Shown piece after piece: positions 50,114 to 57,592 of a stretch of DNA of 64,000 nucleotides. Below the pieces are notes generated by a model. That model searched no databases and was not told the origin of the DNA. It saw only the letters and a list, made by a program, of their open reading frames with translations. Every line of letters begins with the position of its first letter. Position 1 is the first letter of the stretch. This DNA comes from a virus (Duplodnaviria > Caudoviricetes), in IMG/VR virus record IMGVR_UViG_3300037504_000149, one strand, 5' to 3'. The position numbers and the translations under genes are program-made.

Positions 50114-50348
50114 CCCCCGCTGGATTCCAGCGGGGCTTTTCTTTTACCTTGTATATTCGATTATTCTTATATCCTAATATATTCCCCTTAGTCTCCCCCT
50201 TCAAACATAATGCTAACATAAAAGTTACCTGAAGTCAATACCTATTTTATTCAATTTTATACTTGACAAGCTATAAACTAGTATGATATACTATCCCCAC
50301 AAGATTAGAAACGCCCCCGGAGGGGGCATAACAAAGGAAGGGGAAGAA
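50114..50348 (+). repeat. cassette module R8
   Basis: AGTCAA 50233, TTGACA 50263. Confidence 0.95.
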
Positions 50349-50861
50349 ATGGGCTGGGATGGTAGGTATATGGATAACACTGTGAAAGCCCGTCAACGAG
50401 TGATGATGGAGACTGTCGGACTGATAGACTTGTCGGTCCGGGGCAATGAAGGGTACGCTGCAGTGAAACATCCCGATATGGAGGCCGTGTTTTGTATGAT
50501 CTTCATTTTCCGGTATTCTGAAGGGGAATTGTGTACAAAGACCTGTACGGAGCTTGACGGCCCGTTTTGTTGGAATTGCCCGCAACGTATTATGAAACAG
50601 CTCACTGCGCCGCTGAACGAGCGGGCGGCGGATTGGCGCGATGCTTGTCGGCTCGCTGCGAAGTTGCGCAAAGCGCGTTATGTTTATCTGGAGCGGTCGC
50701 CGCATGGCACTGACATACGCTTAGTGGAAAAGGTGGCGAATGCTCGGAGTGTTTACCGTGAGATGTATACCGGTGAACTATGGCGGCTGCGCGTTAACAC
50801 TATGATGCACTACGGCGCTCGTCCAGTGGATAAGGACGAAGCCGAGGCGATGTTACGTTAG
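50349..50861 (+). CDS. DUF6927-like protein
   Basis: MGW...YAAV...E.DGP...NCP.RIM..LT.....A.DWR..C. Start moved to 50349. Confidence 0.65.
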   Translation: MGWDGRYMDNTVKARQRVMMETVGLIDLSVRGNEGYAAVKHPDMEAVFCMIFIFRYSEGELCTKTCTELDGPFCWNCPQRIMKQLTAPLNERAADWRDACRLAAKLRKARYVYLERSPHGTDIRLVEKVANARSVYREMYTGELWRLRVNTMMHYGARPVDKDEAEAMLR

Positions 50862-50868
50862 ATTTACC

Positions 50869-51088
50869 GCCCCGCTGGAATCCAGCGGGGCTTTTCTTTA
50901 TCCTTTATATTCAATTATTCTTATATATATATTCCCCTTAGTCTTCCCCTTCAAACATAATGCTAACATAAAACTTCCCTGAAGTCAATACCTATTTTAT
51001 CCAATTTTACACTTGACAAGCTATAAACTAGTATGATATAATAGCTTTACAAGATTGATAGCAGTTAACATTAAAAGGGGAGGGCTCC
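50869..51088 (+). repeat. cassette module R9
   Basis: AGTCAA 50983, TTGACA 51013. Confidence 0.9.
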
Positions 51089-51958
51089 ATGCGTGTTGAT
51101 AAGAAAAAGGAAAAGGTACTCACACACTTAGAGGATATTTTATCGGCGCTGAAGAATGACCCGGCGGCGCTGAAGCGCTTGTCGTGGATTAAACCGTGGA
51201 GTAACCCACCCCGTAACTTGGCCGGGCGTCAATATAACGGTGGTAATGTACATATTCTGAACTTTGCCTCCGTCGTTAGTAGTTATAAGCATAATAGGTG
51301 GGGAACGTTCAATCAATATAAGAAGTATGGGGCCAGCATTATTAAGGGCTCCAGTGCGACGCCTATCTATTACTATAATGTAAAGAAATACACTAAAGAA
51401 GATGAGAATGGAGAGGAAAAGGAATATACTTATTATGTGTTTAAGTATTTTAATCTTTTCAATATCGCACAAACGACATTGGAGATTGAGCGGCTCCCCG
51501 GCGTCGAGTATAAAGAAGTAGAATATACCACACCGGAACGAATCCGGAGGGGATATTGTGACAATGGCGGCCCGGAGTATCAGGAATCCGGTGACCGTGC
51601 CTTTTATCGGCCCGGAGGGGATTTAGTCTGCTTGCCGCCCCGCGAAACATTCCATTCATCAGCGGAGTATGCCAGTACGCTATATCATGAACTGGTGCAT
51701 AGCACCGGGCATGAAAAGCGGCTGGACCGGGGATTTAGCTTGTCTCGGGGCGGGGAAGGGTACGCCCTAGAGGAACTGGTCGCAGAGACTGGAGCGCTAA
51801 TCCTTTGTGACCGGAGCGGTATTAACCCGGACGTGAATAACTTCAAGGCGTATATTGCTAGCTGGCTTCAGGCGGTAAAATCTGACCAGCGTTACAAAAC
51901 TTTCTCCGCATTGTCACAAGCGGAGAAGGCCGTTGACTACATTCTAGGGGAAAGGTAG
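51089..51958 (+). CDS. ardC: ArdC-family antirestriction protein (ssDNA-binding domain plus zincin-like domain)
   Basis: WIKPW, Y.G.N, WGTFNQ, FNIAQT, AFY.P..D.V.LP, HELVHSTGHEKRLDR, YALEELVAE, YIASWL. Confidence 0.92.
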   Translation: MRVDKKKEKVLTHLEDILSALKNDPAALKRLSWIKPWSNPPRNLAGRQYNGGNVHILNFASVVSSYKHNRWGTFNQYKKYGASIIKGSSATPIYYYNVKKYTKEDENGEEKEYTYYVFKYFNLFNIAQTTLEIERLPGVEYKEVEYTTPERIRRGYCDNGGPEYQESGDRAFYRPGGDLVCLPPRETFHSSAEYASTLYHELVHSTGHEKRLDRGFSLSRGGEGYALEELVAETGALILCDRSGINPDVNNFKAYIASWLQAVKSDQRYKTFSALSQAEKAVDYILGER

Positions 51959-51996
51959 ACTTTCCCCTTGACATTATAGAGCATTTTATGGTACTA
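51947..51996 (+). promoter_or_regulatory. palindrome fused to a promoter (type-2 module, copy 1)
   Basis: GGGGAAAG-GTAGA-CTTTCCCC immediately followed by TTGACA 51968-17-TACTAT. Confidence 0.75.
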
Positions 51997-52039
51997 TTGC
52001 CTTAGAAGATTGAAAAACAAAACAAGGGAAGGGGAAAAC

Positions 52040-52612
52040 ATGGCCACGGGAAACTTTCACTATCATACGAATTTGTGTTATGCTTTGCCTGATGACGGTC
52101 CAAACGTATTAGAAGATGCGTTAGATCGTATAAAGGTCGAAGCGGCCCGTATGGGGTTGACGCTGGAAAAGTACCTAGCACCGGAAAAATTCGATACAAA
52201 ATCATACGGTCGGCACTATTATACTCACCTTGCTGAGTATAGTGTAGAACAGCCGTATTATGGCGGGTTCATTACTGTTTCTGCTGGTATTGGCGTCCGT
52301 GCTGGATACTATACTGGTGGATGCTATGACTGCTGCATTATTGCAGAGTTTTACGGCAGTAAGATAGCTGATAGTCACTACGATGACTCCTATACGGATG
52401 TAGATGAGATTGAGGAACTTTTGCTAGAATGTAGCGATGTACCAAAGGGTTTTATTCAGCACGCTGCAATTAAGGTGCGGGATAAAGCCGATGAACTGAT
52501 TGATGAGGTAGAAGATACGACAAACCGCTTACTCGCTGCCGCTGCTGAAGTGAAACTGGCTTGTCTAGGCTCGGCCAGTAACGGCGAGACGTTTTATCGG
52601 AAGGTGGATTAG
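52040..52612 (+). CDS. hypothetical protein
   Basis: Start moved to MATGNF after AGGGAAGGGG. Confidence 0.75.
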   Translation: MATGNFHYHTNLCYALPDDGPNVLEDALDRIKVEAARMGLTLEKYLAPEKFDTKSYGRHYYTHLAEYSVEQPYYGGFITVSAGIGVRAGYYTGGCYDCCIIAEFYGSKIADSHYDDSYTDVDEIEELLLECSDVPKGFIQHAAIKVRDKADELIDEVEDTTNRLLAAAAEVKLACLGSASNGETFYRKVD

Positions 52613-52620
52613 GTTAGATA

Positions 52621-52723
52621 GGGGAAAGCATATGCTTTCCCCTTGACTTTCACGTTGTCTTATGGTACAGTTGTCTTAGAAGATTAAACAACGCCCCGTC
52701 GGGGCATAACTGGGAGGGAAAAG
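52621..52723 (+). promoter_or_regulatory. type-2 module, copy 2
   Basis: 22-bp perfect palindrome GGGGAAAGCATATGCTTTCCCC, TTGACT, leader GCCCC-GTC-GGGGC-ATAAC, RBS. Confidence 0.8.
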
Positions 52724-53353
52724 ATGAAACTGTACAAGCGTAACGGCAAGATGTACCTTGCCGTCGAAGGACAAGAGATTGAGATAGCCGACATTCGAGA
52801 CGCTGTTAAGGCGCTCGGCGGTACGGTCGAAACGTCAACCTATCGCAAAGTCGAGCTGTTTCATGATTACGATTGTCCTAATCCGCTGGAGGGTGATTCG
52901 GAAGTTTTCATCTATCATAAGCGGAATCGAGAGTTTGAAGTCGGTCAAGATATTGAAGCGGCTGGCGGCTTCGAGGGCGTCCGAGAAGCGCATCCCGATG
53001 CTGTTATCGCGCCCCTGTACGCATACGTGCATTCTGGCGTGTGCTTCAGTACCAAGTACACCTATCCTTTCACTTGTCAATGGGATGCTGGATTGACGGG
53101 TTGCATCGTCGGTCCGAGTAAAGAAGCGATTCTTGGCGCTATCGAGGAATTGAATCATTATGTAGCAGGGAACTGCTACGGATATGAGGTGCAAGATGAA
53201 TGGGGTGAGGTGCTGGATTGTTGTGGCGGTTTCTGGGGATATATCGACGACGAACTTTTGAAGGAATATGCGATGGCGCATTGCCCCGACCCGGAGAACA
53301 TGGACGTTGTTTTTAGCGACCCCTTCGGCCGAGAAGAGAAGGTTGAGTGGTAG
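52724..53353 (+). CDS. acidic hypothetical protein
   Basis: GGGAGG RBS. Confidence 0.75.
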   Translation: MKLYKRNGKMYLAVEGQEIEIADIRDAVKALGGTVETSTYRKVELFHDYDCPNPLEGDSEVFIYHKRNREFEVGQDIEAAGGFEGVREAHPDAVIAPLYAYVHSGVCFSTKYTYPFTCQWDAGLTGCIVGPSKEAILGAIEELNHYVAGNCYGYEVQDEWGEVLDCCGGFWGYIDDELLKEYAMAHCPDPENMDVVFSDPFGREEKVEW

Positions 53354-53361
53354 GTAGGATA

Positions 53362-53412
53362 GGGGAAAGCATATGCTTTCCCCTTGACTTTACCGTTATC
53401 TTGTGGTATACT
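53362..53412 (+). promoter_or_regulatory. type-2 module, copy 3
   Basis: Same 22-bp palindrome, then TTGACT-17-TATACT. Confidence 0.8.
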
Positions 53413-53463
53413 TGAGGCAACGTAGCATTGAGAGTAACGTTACATCAAAGGGAAGGAAAAAAG

Positions 53464-53610
53464 ATGATTATGTCACTGAAGATGCGTGCGGAGGCCGCCG
53501 AGAAAAAGGCCGCCGAGTATGCGGCTCGCGATCAGAATGAGGCCAGTGCGGAAATGCACCGCCGCGCCGAGGCTATCCGACGCCGGATGGACCGGGAAGC
53601 GGGGAGGTAA
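53464..53610 (+). CDS. 48-aa helical protein
   Basis: Start moved to follow AGGGAAGG. Confidence 0.6.
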   Translation: MIMSLKMRAEAAEKKAAEYAARDQNEASAEMHRRAEAIRRRMDREAGR

Positions 53611-53612
53611 AG

Positions 53613-54089
53613 ATGCCTTGCACCGAATGTCAAAAAGGACAGTGTGAATGGTATGACGCTGTTATGAGCGGCCTTGCTACGCATTCCGACTTTCCGTTTA
53701 TGGACGCTCGCGGGCGCTGTCTACGCAATGCTGACCCCGATGAACTGTTGCGCCGGGGGATCGACCCGGTATACGATGAATGCTCGGAGTACGAATATGT
53801 CCCCCACGATTGGGAATATCCTGATGGCATGGGGACGCAGGTCCGTGTCCGCTGTTACGATAACGGTGGGCAGACTGTTGACCGGTATACTATTCTGTAT
53901 CAGTATATCGGTGATAAGCATATACTTAACCCGGTATGGGCATTGGCAGTCGGCGCTACGCCGCGTCACTTTTGTCAGCATACCGCTGCCGTTGCGGGTG
54001 ATCACTTGGGCAATCCTATTGCCTTTGATGACCTGCCCGAATCGGTCCAGCGGGCGGCGCTGAAGGATACGCTGAAGGATACCAAGTAA
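53613..54089 (+). CDS. hypothetical protein
   Basis: GGAGG RBS; hairpin 54095-54116 follows. Confidence 0.7.
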   Translation: MPCTECQKGQCEWYDAVMSGLATHSDFPFMDARGRCLRNADPDELLRRGIDPVYDECSEYEYVPHDWEYPDGMGTQVRVRCYDNGGQTVDRYTILYQYIGDKHILNPVWALAVGATPRHFCQHTAAVAGDHLGNPIAFDDLPESVQRAALKDTLKDTK

Positions 54090-54145
54090 CGATATGGCGG
54101 TCCTCTATGGGCCGCCTTAACTATTCTTTTACAGAAAGGATAACA

Positions 54146-54721
54146 ATGTTTACCGACTTCAACGATATATTCGATAACTACCAAGAGGACGACTTGTGGT
54201 TGGATCCGGTAGATGAGAATGAGATATATTTCGGTACGCTGATCAATACGTTTCCGGGCACTGAAGCGGTGGTACATCAGCTTGATGCGGCGTCACACTT
54301 GGGATATATTCAGTATCAGAATACTGAGAAGGAAGTATTCTTTAGTATTGCTACTCTGAAGGAATTGGTCCCTGTGGACAATTTCTCTGGAGAAGATGAA
54401 TGGAAAGAAGAGCTAGAGGATACCTTGAAGGTGTGGGGTGGCCGCATTGACGGCGATGAAGTCTACCTTGTATTGCGAGCGTATGACGTTATTTATACGC
54501 CGCTGGAGCGAATCAAAGAGAAGTTGGATGCCGGGATGTATTCCGCAGAGCGGCTTGAATTTTGGTGCTGGCAAGCCTATAGTGTTGCCACCGTTGACGG
54601 GTGGGTTAGCATCCGTAACGGCCGGTTCAAGCATTCTCGACAAGAGATGATGCAGGAACTGGTGGACATTATCGAAGGTCGCGTTACGCTTGATGATATG
54701 CGGCATGGGGAACGAAACTAA
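54146..54721 (+). CDS. acidic hypothetical protein
   Basis: Start moved to MFTDFN after AAGGA. Confidence 0.7.
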   Translation: MFTDFNDIFDNYQEDDLWLDPVDENEIYFGTLINTFPGTEAVVHQLDAASHLGYIQYQNTEKEVFFSIATLKELVPVDNFSGEDEWKEELEDTLKVWGGRIDGDEVYLVLRAYDVIYTPLERIKEKLDAGMYSAERLEFWCWQAYSVATVDGWVSIRNGRFKHSRQEMMQELVDIIEGRVTLDDMRHGERN

Positions 54722-54759
54722 AAGGATGAGTATGACATTACTTACAAGAAAGGATAGCA

Positions 54760-55038
54760 ATGGGTATCAGTAATTATATGGATAACCGCGAGAAGTGGCT
54801 TAAAAACCTTAAAGCCGGTTCGCTAGTTTGGTGCGCCGAGCTGGGCCGAGGCGGATGCTGGAAGGCTCAGATTAACGATGTTACAGAGCGTACTATTGAA
54901 GTGCAAGCCGATGCGTGGCGTACTGTCGTAGTGGACAGACAGACTGGAATGCAACGTGACGGCACGTTGCGTATCTACCAAAGTATGCCACGTAACATTA
55001 TGAGCCCAGTACAGGAAGTGCGGGCTAAATCATACTAA
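54760..55038 (+). CDS. hypothetical protein
   Basis: AAGGA RBS. Confidence 0.65.
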   Translation: MGISNYMDNREKWLKNLKAGSLVWCAELGRGGCWKAQINDVTERTIEVQADAWRTVVVDRQTGMQRDGTLRIYQSMPRNIMSPVQEVRAKSY

Positions 55039-55054
55039 ACACAGGGAGATAGTT

Positions 55055-55477
55055 ATGAGTGCGTACATGGTCAGTCCGACGACGATTGAGAATATCTTGG
55101 GGTACTTCGAAAGTAAGCTACCTGATACGGTTAAAGATGTGCTAAGTGAGTATGATTTGGGACTTAGTTGGAGACGACTAGGTCGTGAGTTGGTAGCTAT
55201 GAATGCCCGTGCTATTATGGCGCGGTATGATGAAGACCCGTTAGGTAAAGATTGGCAGAGTTGGATGCCTGCACCTGACATATACGATAATCTACGGCCT
55301 AATACTGCCGTGACGCAGATACAGGCGGTTAAATCACTAAAGTGCTACTTGTATCAGTGTAGTGAGGGTGATGTACCTAAAGAGAAGTTGTATAATATGC
55401 TAAAGAAGATAGAGGGCGCGACAATTCGCGCAATTGTCGAGAATTCACAAGAATATCAAGATGCAGATTGGGGATAG
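55055..55477 (+). CDS. hypothetical protein
   Basis: GGGAG RBS; motif LKCYLYQCSEG. Confidence 0.7.
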   Translation: MSAYMVSPTTIENILGYFESKLPDTVKDVLSEYDLGLSWRRLGRELVAMNARAIMARYDEDPLGKDWQSWMPAPDIYDNLRPNTAVTQIQAVKSLKCYLYQCSEGDVPKEKLYNMLKKIEGATIRAIVENSQEYQDADWG

Positions 55478-55559
55478 ATGAGCTTACTAGGTTACATTGG
55501 GTTAACAGTGCTTATAGGTATAACTTGCTGGATTTACCAGTACAGTTTGGAGGTTAAAG

Positions 55560-56075
55560 ATGAGTAACATTATTAACGTAGTAAACAAACCTAACATTTA
55601 CCTAGTTGGCATTACGTTAGGAACGGGAGATTATTTTACGCATAGCGGTAGGTATGCGGAAATCGGAGACCTGAAGCAATACCGTCAGTCTTTACTTGAC
55701 GATTACCATAATGGAGCTACTTATTTAACGTACATTTATAGTGTAGATACTTTGGCAACGATCCCCCGTCATTACTATACCGGACCCTATCTTATTCAGT
55801 CAGTCGAAGATTTAGAGGATAACTTGGATTATCTGATGGGATTGGGTATGGTATGGGGCAAGTATGGTAGTGACTTTCTACTGATGGAGAGCGACGAGAA
55901 TGCCGAAGCATGGGCTGACGCGACGGCCCTTCGCATATCTGATGAATCGCCGTATGACGACGATACTAAAGAGCTGCTACGGGAAGTGCTGTCTAATGCT
56001 CTGCTTAATAATCCTGGGCAGCTTATGCGGTTGATTGGGACTGAGATTATTGAAGAGAATTACTTTAATGAGTAA
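55560..56075 (+). CDS. hypothetical protein
   Basis: GGAGG RBS. Confidence 0.7.
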   Translation: MSNIINVVNKPNIYLVGITLGTGDYFTHSGRYAEIGDLKQYRQSLLDDYHNGATYLTYIYSVDTLATIPRHYYTGPYLIQSVEDLEDNLDYLMGLGMVWGKYGSDFLLMESDENAEAWADATALRISDESPYDDDTKELLREVLSNALLNNPGQLMRLIGTEIIEENYFNE

Positions 56076-56083
56076 CTTTACAC

Positions 56084-56113
56084 TTGACAACCTACCATAC
56101 TCTATGGTAGAAT
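56084..56113 (+). promoter_or_regulatory. sigma70 promoter with internal inverted repeat
   Basis: TTGACA-18-TAGAAT; CTACCATA-CTC-TATGGTAG. Confidence 0.75.
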
Positions 56114-56151
56114 ATGGGTAGAAACGATAAACAAAGGAAGGGGAAAGGGAT

Positions 56152-56646
56152 ATGGCTTGCAGATATACCAAGAAAGGTAAAGAGCTATTCGGCAAACACA
56201 TTCGCCGCTCGCTAGATGCTGCGAAGGTGCCCGTGCCACGTTACAACGTCATTCATGGCATCGTGAACGGCGATAGTGACAGTGGCGTCATTGCGGCATT
56301 GAGTAATGGCGTCCAGTGGCAGGTGACTAACTGCCCCGAAGACTTCGAGGAAGGTACACTGGACGATTACGTCCAGCTTCTGGAGTACGCTAAGGATAAC
56401 ATCGCCGCTGTTACCTATCTGGCGGAAATGCTGGATGTATACTTGGGCGATGAAGTGTGCTTGGTGCCGTCACATCAGACGATACATGCTATCACGCACT
56501 ATGGTATAGGGTACTACAGAACCTGGGCCGAGGAAAATCAGGCTCGGGAGTGGGTAAAGGGAACTGTTAGTGAGTATGCCCATTTACTGCGTACTTATAT
56601 GCAGCCTGAGCTTGTGGAGTACCTTATAGATTCACTTAAGCGATAA
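56152..56646 (+). CDS. hypothetical protein
   Basis: GGAAGGGG RBS. Confidence 0.7.
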   Translation: MACRYTKKGKELFGKHIRRSLDAAKVPVPRYNVIHGIVNGDSDSGVIAALSNGVQWQVTNCPEDFEEGTLDDYVQLLEYAKDNIAAVTYLAEMLDVYLGDEVCLVPSHQTIHAITHYGIGYYRTWAEENQAREWVKGTVSEYAHLLRTYMQPELVEYLIDSLKR

Positions 56647-56665
56647 CTGTCTAGGAGGCGTTACT

Positions 56666-57001
56666 ATGAGTCGGTATTACCGTATGAGTTTCGAGATCAC
56701 GGGGCATGACGATAAGAAGCAGGAAGCGATCTGCTCCGTTGTGAGCGATGCCTACGGCATCGATATGTTCCCTGATGGTAAGGGAATCTACGGTAGCGGG
56801 GAGTATACTCTCGCTGGTGGACAGACTGAGGATGAGTTCGCTCAGGAGGCTACGCTGCTGGTATGGAAGGCCAACGGCAAGCCTTGCCGAGTAAGTATTA
56901 TGCAGTATTATTTGGAAGACCCGCCGTGTACACTATATGAATACACTGAGGACGATGGGGCTATGCTGTCCTTGTATAAAGCCCAACAGAAGGAGAGTTG
57001 A
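56666..57001 (+). CDS. hypothetical protein
   Basis: AGGAGG RBS. Confidence 0.7.
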   Translation: MSRYYRMSFEITGHDDKKQEAICSVVSDAYGIDMFPDGKGIYGSGEYTLAGGQTEDEFAQEATLLVWKANGKPCRVSIMQYYLEDPPCTLYEYTEDDGAMLSLYKAQQKES

Positions 57002-57002
57002 T

Positions 57003-57380
57003 ATGATTCATATCTTACCTATTAAGTTTGTGTGGTATAACACTACGTCGCATGGGTACTGTTGGACTACCGATGAAGGATACCCTAATGGGTATCAAGT
57101 GTGCCAAAACACTATCGCAGGTATCCGCGACATCGTTTTAGAAGACCCCGACATCACATGCAATCGCGGCATGGACCCACTGTTGGACAAAGTATTTTGC
57201 CCTGATTGTCTTGATGATTTTCTGCCTCACGTTTTACCGGATATGTGCGCTGATACCGGATTACGGAACGTACTGGAATCCGTTTCAGCAAGTTATAAGG
57301 TTGTCATTCACTTGGCCGCTGATGAAATTGTTATCACAGTGGGGGAACTTCAGGACGAGATGGCTGAGACAGAAAGTTGA
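57003..57380 (+). CDS. hypothetical protein
   Basis: Start moved to MIHILP after AAGGAG. Confidence 0.65.
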   Translation: MIHILPIKFVWYNTTSHGYCWTTDEGYPNGYQVCQNTIAGIRDIVLEDPDITCNRGMDPLLDKVFCPDCLDDFLPHVLPDMCADTGLRNVLESVSASYKVVIHLAADEIVITVGELQDEMAETES

Positions 57381-57405
57381 CTTTACGATGAATGACTGCT
57401 ATACT
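57377..57405 (+). promoter_or_regulatory. sigma70 promoter
   Basis: TTGACT-17-TATACT with TGn. Confidence 0.8.
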
Positions 57406-57410
57406 GTTTA

Positions 57411-57572
57411 CGGTATCCGCTAGGTTCCCCTTCCCTACCTGGCGGCGGGCGCAGGGGACGAGATGCCCTGTCGGGTGCGCCGTATCTACCCGAGACCTAA
57501 ATACGGTAGCGACCTGTCGCGCTGAGTCGGCAGGAAGTATGGGGGAGTGGCCCTCCCCACTCCCCCTAAACT
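57411..57572 (+). ncRNA. candidate structured RNA C (sRNA or 5' leader)
   Basis: Five hairpins plus a CCGTAT/ATACGG pseudoknot between the promoter and the RBS of the clamp-like gene. Confidence 0.6.
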
Positions 57573-57592
57573 TTCCTAAAGGAGATGTATGT

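Noticed and set aside
49934-50219. Track ORFs 49934-50191(+) and 49941-50219(-)
   Set aside because: The plus ORF starts at the TTG of the -35 box. Both run through the terminator and repeat, and neither has an RBS.
46423-50896. Classical integron with attC sites
   Set aside because: No integrase in the window. The hairpins are GC stems with U-tracts and lack RYYYAAC/GTTRRRY ends. Cassettes carry their own promoters.
46071-51088. CRISPR array interpretation of the repeats
   Set aside because: Repeats are ~230 bp and the intervening sequences are whole genes of variable length. There is no cas operon.
49970-57572. tRNA calls for RNAs B (49970-50102) and C (57411-57572)
   Set aside because: No T-loop GTTCRA, no 7-nt anticodon arm geometry and no CCA end.
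57392-57592. N-terminal 67 aa of the 469-aa ORF
   Set aside because: The start lies within the promoter and crosses the structured RNA. The AAGGAG RBS points to ATG 57593.
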